A DNA stretch of 64,000 bases from Candidatus Obscuribacteraceae bacterium (GTDB lineage Bacteria; Cyanobacteriota; Vampirovibrionia; Obscuribacterales; Obscuribacteraceae), in the NCBI GenBank assembly GCA_044229845.1, contig JBGASG010000002.1:448001-512000 (forward strand), written 5' to 3'. Below the pieces are notes generated by a model that saw only the letters and a list, made by a program, of their open reading frames with translations, did no database searches and had not been told where the DNA came from. This document shows positions 27,718 to 36,977 of the stretch, piece by piece; positions within the stretch are counted from its first letter, which is position 1; each line of letters starts with the position of its first letter. The translations under genes and the position numbers were made by a program.

Positions 27718-28643
27718 GACTGCGTCGCAGGCAGTTGCTCTGGAGCGGCAGCTGCATGCGAGCCGCTGGCGGTCGGTTTACCGAGAGTCACTTGAGTTAG
27801 CTTGTCGCGATTGACCACCGAGACACCAGCGGGCTGCAGTTGCGGACGAATTACATCAGTACCGAGTCCGAGTTTTTCGAGCAACCAAATGGTGCACCAG
27901 GTGAAGTCGAACTCCCACCATCTGATACCATGCCGCGCCGATTTCGGGACGCCGTGATGGTTGTTGTGCCAGCCTTCACCCAATGAAAGGATAGCCACCC
28001 ACCAGACGTTGGTGGAATCTTCGCGTGTATTGAAGTTTCTGTATCCCTGCGAGCGCAAATGACAGACGGCATTGACTGCCTGCGTGCTCCAGAAAACGAT
28101 TCCCGTGGCCAGTGCGTTCATCAACATAGCGCTCAATCCGAAGGCGGCGAATATGATGATGCGCACGCCGATGTTGACGGCCAGGCAACGCTGAGCTTGC
28201 GCTGGACTGTGGCTGTCGCCGCACCAGCGGAAAATCGGATCTTTCATAAGATCGGCAGCTTGCTTGCGCAGTTCTTCGTCGTTCTGCACTTCGTAAGTTT
28301 TGAACATCCATCCGTACAGCGCGTGCTTGAAGCCCCGGCGCGGAGAATGCGGATCGCCGACTTCATCCGACTTCTGGTGGTGCAGGCGATGCACACCCAC
28401 CCAGACAATCGGAGACCCCATCAAGCACAAGTATCCGCCGGCAACGATCACGTACATGAGCCAGCGCGGAACTTTAAGTGACTTGTGTGTCAGCAGTCGG
28501 TGGTAGCCGAGAGTGATGCCCAGTCCGGCATACACATAGGAACCGAAAAACCAGGCGGCCATGTACCAGGGATTCCAATTCCCGATATCAAACAAACCAA
28601 AAGTCGCCAAAAACAGACCCCCTATATAGAATCGGGCTGCCAT
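27609..28643 (-). CDS. Acyl-CoA/acyl-lipid delta-9 desaturase
   Basis: His boxes GYHRLLTH, HRLHHQKSD..DPHSP and GEGWHNNHH. Confidence 0.95.
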   Translation of the reverse strand: MAARFYIGGLFLATFGLFDIGNWNPWYMAAWFFGSYVYAGLGITLGYHRLLTHKSLKVPRWLMYVIVAGGYLCLMGSPIVWVGVHRLHHQKSDEVGDPHSPRRGFKHALYGWMFKTYEVQNDEELRKQAADLMKDPIFRWCGDSHSPAQAQRCLAVNIGVRIIIFAAFGLSAMLMNALATGIVFWSTQAVNAVCHLRSQGYRNFNTREDSTNVWWVAILSLGEGWHNNHHGVPKSARHGIRWWEFDFTWCTIWLLEKLGLGTDVIRPQLQPAGVSVVNRDKLTQVTLGKPTASGSHAAAAPEQLPATQSQSGAQSTSNGNTNAPSSLSASSDSVGEPAPVPVEA

Positions 28644-28855
28644 GTTTATAGCACGATACGGATTGAAAAAAACCCGGTACAGATTATGAACTGTAGAGGG
28701 ATAAAGCCGTTTTCAAGCAGATACTCTTGGCCGCGGCAGAACCAGAGCCGGTTCCACGGAAACTGACGGAACGCTCATGGTAATTGAGGTATAACTAATG
28801 TGAAGCTGCGTAGACAGCCGTACGCACTTCGTCGTTAACCGTCGGAAATCCAGAA

Positions 28856-30001
28856 GTGGCGCCAGTTAGAAGCATTCTCACTTACATATTATTTATCGCA
28901 TCCTTTCTCGCAATTTCGTGCCCCGGCGCGCAGTGCCGTGAAACCGATGAGCTTTCGGAGCGCGCTTACAAATCGCTTGTAGCCGAGTCGATGGAAAGCA
29001 TCCCCGCTCAATCCGCACCAGTGAAGAGCCGGGGAGCGGACAGTCAGGCAGCCGCCGACAAGCGAGCCTTGGCGGCGAAATCCGGTCGTTCATCCGGTTC
29101 GACCGGTCGTCCGCGCGTGATTTTGGCGCTGGGCGGCGGCGGCACCCGCGGTCTGGCTCATATCGGCGTGTTGCGGGTTTTGCAGCGCGAAGGCATCCAT
29201 ATAGATGGAATTGCCGGCACAAGTATGGGCGCCATAGTCGGTGGTCTGTTCGCCGCCGGCTTAAATCCAGATCAAATTGAAGATCTGATGCGCAACAGAT
29301 CGATGCTGCATGCTTACGACACCGTGCCGATTCCGGTGCGCCTGGCTTGCGTGCCTGTATTCGCACTGCCTCACGCATTCGGATACCACCCGTACGACGG
29401 GCTTTACCGCGGCAACAAATTTGCCACTTACATAAACACCGTCGTGCCGCCATCTAAAAAGAACATCGAAGATTTCGACACACCCTTCGTTGCGGTAGCC
29501 ACCGATCTTCTGGAGGGCAAACCCTACACGATCAGAAGCGGAGACATCGGTCGGGCGATCCAAGCCAGCTCAGCGCTGCCGGGTTTGCGCCGCCCACTCT
29601 ACTTCCAGGAGAAACTGTTGGTCGACGGCGGCGTCTTGCAAAATCTGCCCACCGACCAAGCTAAGGACATGGACGCCGACGTGGTGATTGCCGTAGATGT
29701 GGACGGTGTCCACATGAAAATGGCGTCCCGTGATTTTCGCCGCATCGGCAGCGTCACGTTCCGCTGCATCAATCTTCACCTCAAAGCCATCGACTCATAT
29801 CCCTCCACAAGCGCTAATGTAGTAGTACGGCCTTGTGTCGGAGACATAGGACTGCTTTCGAGGAACATGCACGACATCACGATTGCCATCACAGAAGGAG
29901 AGAAGGCGACCAGGGCGAGCTTACCGGAGATTCGTGCCGAGATAGAGCGAGTGACCACCGAATTGGCCGAAGGAAAACCAGCCGAAGGAAAACCACAGTG
30001 A
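28856..30001 (+). CDS. Patatin-like phospholipase with a signal peptide
   Basis: GGGGTRG, GTSMG nucleophile and DGG; hydrophobic N-terminus. Confidence 0.92.
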   Translation: MAPVRSILTYILFIASFLAISCPGAQCRETDELSERAYKSLVAESMESIPAQSAPVKSRGADSQAAADKRALAAKSGRSSGSTGRPRVILALGGGGTRGLAHIGVLRVLQREGIHIDGIAGTSMGAIVGGLFAAGLNPDQIEDLMRNRSMLHAYDTVPIPVRLACVPVFALPHAFGYHPYDGLYRGNKFATYINTVVPPSKKNIEDFDTPFVAVATDLLEGKPYTIRSGDIGRAIQASSALPGLRRPLYFQEKLLVDGGVLQNLPTDQAKDMDADVVIAVDVDGVHMKMASRDFRRIGSVTFRCINLHLKAIDSYPSTSANVVVRPCVGDIGLLSRNMHDITIAITEGEKATRASLPEIRAEIERVTTELAEGKPAEGKPQ

Positions 30002-31263
30002 GCGCATCAGCAGACACGCAATATTACTTTCGCCGCGCCGCCAAACAACTGGGAATTGGACCGAGACTAGAAACCAAACTGATTACCCCGCGCCGGGAAG
30101 TGAAGGTCGAGTGCACCATCGAACTCGATAACAAAGAACTCGCTTCCTTTGTCGGATATCGGGTCCAGCATGATTCTTCGCGCGGACCGATGAAGGGCGG
30201 ACTGAGATACCACCCTCAAGTAGACCCGGATGAGGTGACGTCGCTGGCGGCACTGATGACCTTCAAGACCGCCGTCGTCAACATTCCCTACGGGGGCGCC
30301 AAGGGCGGCATATCGTGCGACCCGCACAAACTCTCGCATGCCGAACTACAACGATTGACGCGTGCCTTCGTCGACGAGATTCACGACGTCATTGGTCCGC
30401 AACAAGATATTCCGGCGCCCGACATGGGCACCAATGCGCAGACTATGGCCTGGATCGTCGACCAGTATTCCAAGTATCACGGCTGGGCACCGGGAGTGGT
30501 GACAGGCAAACCTCTGGAGTTAGGTGGCAGTCCCGGACGCGAAGCCGCTACGGGACGGGGCATCACCATTGCCGCCGAGTCAATTTTGAGCGACCACAAC
30601 ATGCGCATTGCCGATGCGTCCTTTGTTCTGCAAGGTTTCGGCAATGTCGGCTCATGGGCTGCTCGTTTCATACATCAGCTGGGCGGTAAGGTGGTCGCCA
30701 TCGGGGATGCTTCCGGAGCGATCTTCAATCGCGGCGGCATTGACGTCGAGGCGCTGTTGAATTACGAGCACGCCAACGGGTTTATCGCCGGCTTCCCATC
30801 CGCAGAAGCTATGAATCCGCACGATTTGCTGACTACTCAATGCGATGTTTTGATTCCGGCTGCGCTCGGCGGCGTCTTGACGCAAGAAAATGCAGAAGAC
30901 GTCTCCGCCAAATTCATCCTCGAGGGCGCCAACGGACCGACGACGCCGGAAGCGGATGAAATCTTCCAGAAGCGCGGCATCACAGTAATTCCGGACATCT
31001 TCGCCAATGCCGGCGGCGTTGTTGTTTCCTACTTCGAATGGGTGCAGAACCTGCAACAGTTTCGCTGGACAGAAGAGCGCGTTAATGCAGAACTGCGTTC
31101 AGTCATGGAAGATGCCTACAAGAACATCATCATCACCGCCAAGAGCGGCAACAGCGATTTGCGCACGGCGGCCTTCCAGCTTGCCATCTCGCGAATCGCC
31201 CGGGCAACGGCTCTGCGCGGTCTGGAAAACGAAAACTTCTGCTTGCTCACAGCTCAGCACTGA
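29998..31263 (+). CDS. gdhA: Glu/Leu/Phe/Val dehydrogenase (glutamate dehydrogenase-like)
   Basis: RGPMKGGLRYHP, GGAKGG, DIPAPD, QGFGNVG, EGANGP and SYFEWVQN. GTG start overlaps the patatin stop. Confidence 0.92.
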   Translation: MSASADTQYYFRRAAKQLGIGPRLETKLITPRREVKVECTIELDNKELASFVGYRVQHDSSRGPMKGGLRYHPQVDPDEVTSLAALMTFKTAVVNIPYGGAKGGISCDPHKLSHAELQRLTRAFVDEIHDVIGPQQDIPAPDMGTNAQTMAWIVDQYSKYHGWAPGVVTGKPLELGGSPGREAATGRGITIAAESILSDHNMRIADASFVLQGFGNVGSWAARFIHQLGGKVVAIGDASGAIFNRGGIDVEALLNYEHANGFIAGFPSAEAMNPHDLLTTQCDVLIPAALGGVLTQENAEDVSAKFILEGANGPTTPEADEIFQKRGITVIPDIFANAGGVVVSYFEWVQNLQQFRWTEERVNAELRSVMEDAYKNIIITAKSGNSDLRTAAFQLAISRIARATALRGLENENFCLLTAQH

Positions 31264-31271
31264 TCTGACTA

Positions 31272-33152
31272 ATGGACACCGAAAAAGAACCCAGCGAAGC
31301 GCCGCCCCTCACCCTGGAAAATGTCGCTCCGCAACTCGACAACGAGACTGAAGCCGAGAAAGAAGATCACCAGCTGGTCTGGCTGAACACGGTCTATCAG
31401 GGTGATACCGTGCCGCAGCTGACAGTGCGAGCGGTGGTCATGGGCGGACTTCTGGGCTCGCTGATGTCCATATCCAATCTCTACACGTCGCTCAAACTGG
31501 GCTGGGCTTTCGGCGTTGCCATCACGGCCTGCGTCCTCTCTTTCGTGATCTGGAACACCGTCTGCCGGCTGATTCCCAAGCTGACGCCGATGAGCATTCT
31601 GGAAAACAACTGCATGCAGTCCACGGCTTCGGCGGCCGGCTATTCGACCGGAGCCACAATCGGCACCGCTTTTGGTGCCTACCTGCTGATCACCGGACAT
31701 CACGTGCAGTGGCAGATTCTCTTGCCGTTCACTCTGGTAACGGCGCTGCTCGGTGTGTTCCTGGCGGTGCCCATGAAACGCCAGATGATCAATCACGAAC
31801 AGTTGCCCTTCCCGAGCGGCATCGCCGCCGCTGAAACCCTGCGCAGCCTCTATGCCAAATCGCAGGATGCCGTCTATCAAGCCTACGGTCTGGTATCAGC
31901 CATGGTACTGGGCGCCGTGATCGGCATTCTGGCAAAAGGCGATTATGAATGGCAGAAGATCACCCACCTGAAAATTCCCGACTTCCTGCCGATCTCCCTC
32001 AACTGGATGAACATCAACACCGCCAAGTTGCAGGCTTTTGGCTTTGAGCCCAGTTCCCTTTTAATCGGCGCCGGCATGATTGTCGGTATGCGCGTCTCCG
32101 CTTCGATGTTTATCGGTGCCCTGATTCTCTACTTCGGCTTTGCACCGTGGGTGGTGACAAATCATGTCGAGCTGCCGGAGAAGATCCTCAAATGGTCTTT
32201 GTGGTCCGGTACGGCTCTGATGGTGACGTCCGGACTGACCGCTTTCGCGGTTCAGTGGAAGACGATTGTGCGTTCCTTCACGATCGCCAAGGCGGGGGAG
32301 AGATCGGCTGCCCACGAAGCGCTCGATCGTATCGAAGTGCCGACCCGATGGTTTTTAATCGGCGTGATACCGCTCACCATCTGCATGGCGATTTTGCTCT
32401 ACGTAGCATTCTCCATCGCTCCCTGGTTGGGCGTCATCTCCGTGCTCACCAGTTTTGTCCTGGCGCTGGTTGCCTGCCGCGCCACCGGTGAAACCGACAT
32501 CACGCCGATTGGCGCCATGGGCAAGTTGACGCAAATTTTCTACGCGGCGCTTTCGCCGGCCAACATCACAACCAATTTGATGACCGCCAGCGTGACGGCC
32601 AACACGGCTATCGCCTCCGCCGACCTGCTTACAGATCTTAAGAGCGGCTATCTGCTCGGCGCCAATGCCCGCCGCCAGTTTCTCGCACAGTTCATCGGCG
32701 TCTTTTTCGGCACGGTCGCGGTGGTTCCCGCATGGTTTCTCATGGTGCCGGACAAGGCCACACTGGAAGCGATGAACCCACCGTCGACAAACATGTGGAA
32801 AGCGGTGGCCGAGGCGCTCACCAAAGGCATACACATGATTCCGGAGTCGGCTCGCTGGGGACTCTTGATCGGCGGTCTTTTGGGCATTGTGCTGGCGCTC
32901 GCCGAACACTTCTTTCCGAAGGCAAAAAAATACATGCCCTCGGCGATGGGGTTGGGACTTTCATGGGTTGTACCTTTCAGCAGCTGTTTGTCGTTTTTCC
33001 TGGGCGCAGCGGCGGCCTGGGCCTGGGCTCGATATAACAAGCGCAACGCTGAACTATTCACCGTTCCGGTTGCTTCGGGCGCCATCGCCGGTGAGTCGCT
33101 GGCATCGGCAGCCATCGCCATCATCAATGCCGCCGGCGCGATAGGGCATTAA
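31272..33152 (+). CDS. OPT family oligopeptide transporter
   Basis: QLTVRAV, NLYTSLKLG, LENN..Q, LPFPSG, GETDITP and DLKSGYLLGA; many TM segments. Confidence 0.92.
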   Translation: MDTEKEPSEAPPLTLENVAPQLDNETEAEKEDHQLVWLNTVYQGDTVPQLTVRAVVMGGLLGSLMSISNLYTSLKLGWAFGVAITACVLSFVIWNTVCRLIPKLTPMSILENNCMQSTASAAGYSTGATIGTAFGAYLLITGHHVQWQILLPFTLVTALLGVFLAVPMKRQMINHEQLPFPSGIAAAETLRSLYAKSQDAVYQAYGLVSAMVLGAVIGILAKGDYEWQKITHLKIPDFLPISLNWMNINTAKLQAFGFEPSSLLIGAGMIVGMRVSASMFIGALILYFGFAPWVVTNHVELPEKILKWSLWSGTALMVTSGLTAFAVQWKTIVRSFTIAKAGERSAAHEALDRIEVPTRWFLIGVIPLTICMAILLYVAFSIAPWLGVISVLTSFVLALVACRATGETDITPIGAMGKLTQIFYAALSPANITTNLMTASVTANTAIASADLLTDLKSGYLLGANARRQFLAQFIGVFFGTVAVVPAWFLMVPDKATLEAMNPPSTNMWKAVAEALTKGIHMIPESARWGLLIGGLLGIVLALAEHFFPKAKKYMPSAMGLGLSWVVPFSSCLSFFLGAAAAWAWARYNKRNAELFTVPVASGAIAGESLASAAIAIINAAGAIGH

Positions 33153-33220
33153 ATCGCCATTTGGCGCCATTTATTCATTGCGCTACAATCAGTAAACGTG
33201 GCGTCCGTGTAGTGGAGCAA

Positions 33221-34462
33221 ATGCTTAGCCAAACGGTCGAGAAGAAAAAAGTCATTGAGGCGATCGGAGAACTTGGCCGGCGAGTGACAGCAGCCGACGT
33301 GGCCACCAAGACCGGCTTGCCGATTCTTGTTGTCGGTCAAACGCTCAACCAAGTAGCTTCGGAGACCGGCGGTCACTTGCAGGTCAGCACCACCGGCGAT
33401 ATCGCTTACTCCTTCAAACCGGGCTTCTCGCAGACTTATCTGGCCAAGGGCATCCAGCTGGCGCTCCTGAAAGCGGCCCGTTTTATCTGGCAGGTGGCTT
33501 TCTACCTGCTGCGCATCTCGTTCGGCGTCATTCTCATTTTGTCCTTGCTCTTCATCGTCACGATCATCATGACGTTCTTCCTCAGGGGCAGCGACCGCCG
33601 CCGCGAGAACGAAGACGATCCGCCCGGCATGGGCTTCGGCAACATGCTCTTCAACTACATAGTTTTGCGCGATCTGTTCACGTGGCATTCAGCCAGCGCT
33701 CCTGTGATTTACCAGTACGACCGTCCCACGGTGAGGCGCGCATCCCGCTCCAACTTTTTCCTCAACTGCTTCTCGTTTTTGTTTGGCGACGGCGATCCCA
33801 ACGAAGGGCTCGATGAGAAACGCTGGCAACTGATCGCCAAAGCGATCCGCAAGAACAACAACGTCATGACGGCTGAACAGCTGGCGCCTTACACCGGCGC
33901 CGATCCCGGTGATGAAGACTCGGTCTTGCCGGTACTCGTGCGCTTCAACGGCAAGCCGGAAGTGACCGAACGCGGCAACATCATCTACGTCTTTCCGGAG
34001 ATGCAGGTCGGCGCCGCCACCGCATTCGATACCGCCCCGCCGGCCTATCTACAGGAGTTTCCCTGGCGTTTCTCCAACATGACACCGGGGGCAACGGCAC
34101 CGGTGATTCTGGTGGCATCGCTGAACTTTGCGCTAGCCTGGCTGCTCTGGGGGTTTCTAGCCGCTGGTCCGCCCACCGGCATCCTGAAAGTGATGAATGT
34201 GCTCGTCGTTTACGGCACACTCTTCATTGCCATTCCGTCCGCGCGGGTAGCGATCAATTATTTGAAGAATAAAAACATCAACCAGCGCAACTTGCAGCGC
34301 TATGAATATGCGCTGTCCAACGCCAATCCGGTGTCCGAGTTGCAGACCAAGTTTCAGGAAGCGGAAGCCTACAAGTTGCGCACCCAAAAACTAACCGAAG
34401 ACAAAATCGTTTACACAACAGAACGCGACACGCTCGACCAAGAGTTCGACGCTACGCCCTAG
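33221..34462 (+). CDS. Conserved membrane protein resembling the cyanobacterial/plastid At5g03900-like family
   Basis: LGRRVTAADVA..GL, ASETGGHLQVS..GDI, RISFGVILI, FSFLFGDGDPN, AEQLAPY and LPVLVRFNGKPEV match my recollection of this family. Confidence 0.75.
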   Translation: MLSQTVEKKKVIEAIGELGRRVTAADVATKTGLPILVVGQTLNQVASETGGHLQVSTTGDIAYSFKPGFSQTYLAKGIQLALLKAARFIWQVAFYLLRISFGVILILSLLFIVTIIMTFFLRGSDRRRENEDDPPGMGFGNMLFNYIVLRDLFTWHSASAPVIYQYDRPTVRRASRSNFFLNCFSFLFGDGDPNEGLDEKRWQLIAKAIRKNNNVMTAEQLAPYTGADPGDEDSVLPVLVRFNGKPEVTERGNIIYVFPEMQVGAATAFDTAPPAYLQEFPWRFSNMTPGATAPVILVASLNFALAWLLWGFLAAGPPTGILKVMNVLVVYGTLFIAIPSARVAINYLKNKNINQRNLQRYEYALSNANPVSELQTKFQEAEAYKLRTQKLTEDKIVYTTERDTLDQEFDATP

Positions 34463-35711
34463 TTTTGCTCTTCTGTGCCGATCTATAAAGCAGGACGCCG
34501 CCCAGCAGCAGCAGCCCAGCCGCAGTCGGCAAAAGAAACGGCGGCAGACTTTCGATCGTATTCCAGAGCGACGAGCCTTTGTCGGCAGCGCTCTGTAATT
34601 CGGCGCGCATCTCCTGGCTATTTTCCAGCTTCAGGCTTTCATCGAAAACTATCTGCGCATCGTCTCGCCGTCCCGCGGAGAGCAGGCTTTGGTAGAGGAC
34701 GGATGCCAGTTTCGGAAATAGATGACCGCTTTCCGGTGAAGTTTGCTGTATGTGAACCGACCATTCATAGCGGTTGTGCAGTTCGGTGACCGGATCTCCG
34801 AAGAGCTTACCGGCATCGGCAAAGCGTCCCCGGGCCGTCAGCAAATCCGGCAGGCGCGGACCCAGGTCGATGAGCATGCCGCGTTTGCTTTCATCGTCCT
34901 TGACTGTGTCAAACCAGCTCAAAGTGTCGTCGTCATGCCCTGTGATTTCGTTCAGCAAAATCCAGTCAAAGATGTTCTGGTCCTGAGATTGCGCGCGCAG
35001 TTTTTCAAGTTTCTCCCTGGCCGGCGGGTACTTTCCAGCCAGTTCACCCAGGGCAGCCACCAGCTCGGAGTCGCGCACAGCCATCATTTCAGGAGCTTCT
35101 TTTCCCATGTGCTCCCACAGCCAGACCAATTCTTGGGTGGCAGCCTCGTAGTGTTTGTCGTTCAGTTCGGACTCGCCACGCTTTAAGCGCGCCTCTACTT
35201 CCTTGACACCACCTTTGCCCTTAAACCTCTGGTAGCGCGCCGCCGCCACAGCCGCCGGGCTGCCGCCGTCCTGCTCAACTGCGGAGAGCCACGCCAGTAG
35301 GTCCTCGGGATCCTGATAGCCGGTCTGTCGAGCTGTTTCGTGGTGCGGATCTGTGCGCGAGAAAATCACCACGGTCGGCATGGCGCTGATATTCAAGTCA
35401 GCGGCTACCGCCTTGTCGGCATCCACGTCGACCTGCACCGCGATGGCATTTTTCGTCATCCATTGCTCGACTTGCGGGTCGCTCCAGGTGTTTTCGTCCA
35501 TCATGCGACAAGGCCCGCACCAGGTGGCGGTCGCGTCGGCAATCACATATTTGTGCGCCGTCCCGGCTTTGGTTTGCGCCTGCGACAGCGAGAGCGATGC
35601 GAAAATCTGCGGGTGTGCCGGCGTGTCGGCCGCGCCCGCCAGCATCAAAAGCGCGCCCAGACCGGCTGCCAGAGCAGCCTTGCAGACTGGCAGGCGAGCC
35701 GCGCTGCGCAT
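34452..35711 (-). CDS. Exported thioredoxin-domain protein (WCGPC) with a helical domain and C-terminal TM anchor
   Basis: Signal peptide, ATWCGPC, ISAMPT cis-Pro loop; C-terminal hydrophobic LLPTAAGLLLLGGVLLY. Confidence 0.85.
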   Translation of the reverse strand: MRSAARLPVCKAALAAGLGALLMLAGAADTPAHPQIFASLSLSQAQTKAGTAHKYVIADATATWCGPCRMMDENTWSDPQVEQWMTKNAIAVQVDVDADKAVAADLNISAMPTVVIFSRTDPHHETARQTGYQDPEDLLAWLSAVEQDGGSPAAVAAARYQRFKGKGGVKEVEARLKRGESELNDKHYEAATQELVWLWEHMGKEAPEMMAVRDSELVAALGELAGKYPPAREKLEKLRAQSQDQNIFDWILLNEITGHDDDTLSWFDTVKDDESKRGMLIDLGPRLPDLLTARGRFADAGKLFGDPVTELHNRYEWSVHIQQTSPESGHLFPKLASVLYQSLLSAGRRDDAQIVFDESLKLENSQEMRAELQSAADKGSSLWNTIESLPPFLLPTAAGLLLLGGVLLYRSAQKSKTRA

Positions 35712-36827
35712 CTACTTGCTTTTGATCAGCGACGGAGCCTGGTCGAGAAACTTGTGCATCTCAGGTGTATCTTCGAGTTCGTAGCTCTCTGCGAGCACTT
35801 GCTTGGCTTCATCGTTGCGACCGGCGGCCAGCAGAGATGCATAGATGAGCAGGGCGCTTTCAGGAAACGGATTGTAAGGCGCCCGTTTCTTGATGATCGC
35901 AGCAATCTCGTGTTCGCGTCTCAATTCGTCCAGCGGGTGCGGATAGAGCACTGCGATGTCCGCCCAGCGTTTGCGCTCGAGCAGAAGTTTGCGCAGGTCG
36001 ACAGTCGACTTGCTGATGTTTTCGGCTTGCTTGGGATCTTTTTTGGCGGTGTCGAACCAGGCAAGAGTTTCTTCACCGTGACCAAGCATGGAGTTAAGCA
36101 AAACCCAGTCAGGCACGTTGCTTTCTTTGGCCTCGGCGCGCAATTTTTCGAATTGCGTCTTGGCATTGTTGTCCTGAGCCGCCAGTTGCGCGATGTTGTC
36201 GGCAACGTACGAATCGCGGACGCCGATTGACTGCGGATCGGTCTGCGCCATGTTATTCCACAACCAGAGATACTGCTCCGTGGCGCCGGGCAGATCTTCA
36301 GCATCTACTAGAGCCCGCGCTACTTCGTAGCGCATTTGTACTTCTTGGGTGCCGCCCTTGCCCTGCACTGCTTTCAGCTGTGATTTGAGAAGGTCGATGG
36401 ACCGCATTCCTTTTGATGCCGCATCGAACCAGGCCAGCAATTGCTTGGGTTCCTGGTATCCCACTTGCCGGTCGAACTCGCCGGCGCCCTCGGGACGAAA
36501 AATCAAAACCGACGGCATGGCACTTATCTTGAATTCTCGCGACAGTTTTTCTTCCTTGTCGACATCAATCTGGACGGCGATGGCATTCTTGGCAATCCAT
36601 TGCTCCACCGGAGCAGCCGACCAGGTATTTTCGTCCATTTTGTGGCAAGGATCGCACCAGGTGGCGGTAAAATCGGCGACCACCAGCTTGCCGGCCTTCT
36701 TTGCTTGCTCTCTGGCCTGGGCCAGCGTCAGGTCCGAAAATGCCTTCGGGTGAGCGAAAGCACCCAATTGCCCCATGGAAAGCAGCAAAACCGCCAGGCA
36801 GCCGGCAACACGCATATGCAATTTCAT
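35712..36827 (-). CDS. Exported thioredoxin-domain protein (WCDPC), paralogue of the neighbour
   Basis: Signal peptide, FTATWCDPC and ISAMPS; aligns along its length with 34452-35711. Confidence 0.85.
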   Translation of the reverse strand: MKLHMRVAGCLAVLLLSMGQLGAFAHPKAFSDLTLAQAREQAKKAGKLVVADFTATWCDPCHKMDENTWSAAPVEQWIAKNAIAVQIDVDKEEKLSREFKISAMPSVLIFRPEGAGEFDRQVGYQEPKQLLAWFDAASKGMRSIDLLKSQLKAVQGKGGTQEVQMRYEVARALVDAEDLPGATEQYLWLWNNMAQTDPQSIGVRDSYVADNIAQLAAQDNNAKTQFEKLRAEAKESNVPDWVLLNSMLGHGEETLAWFDTAKKDPKQAENISKSTVDLRKLLLERKRWADIAVLYPHPLDELRREHEIAAIIKKRAPYNPFPESALLIYASLLAAGRNDEAKQVLAESYELEDTPEMHKFLDQAPSLIKSK

Positions 36828-36977
36828 CTTTACTCCCATCGGGTGTCCAATCCATACAGATCTGGCCAAAGCGGCGGACCCAGCCGCTTAAGCGCCCATT
36901 GTACCCGGGAGGCGAAAAGTGGTCATAGGGAATCTGAGAGGGAATAATATGACCGGACAGGAAAGGGGTCGATCCCT

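Noticed and set aside
29833..29997. Arg-rich N-terminal extension of GDH in the ORF track
   Set aside because: It overlaps the patatin gene; the GTG at 29998 coupled to the patatin stop is the more plausible start.
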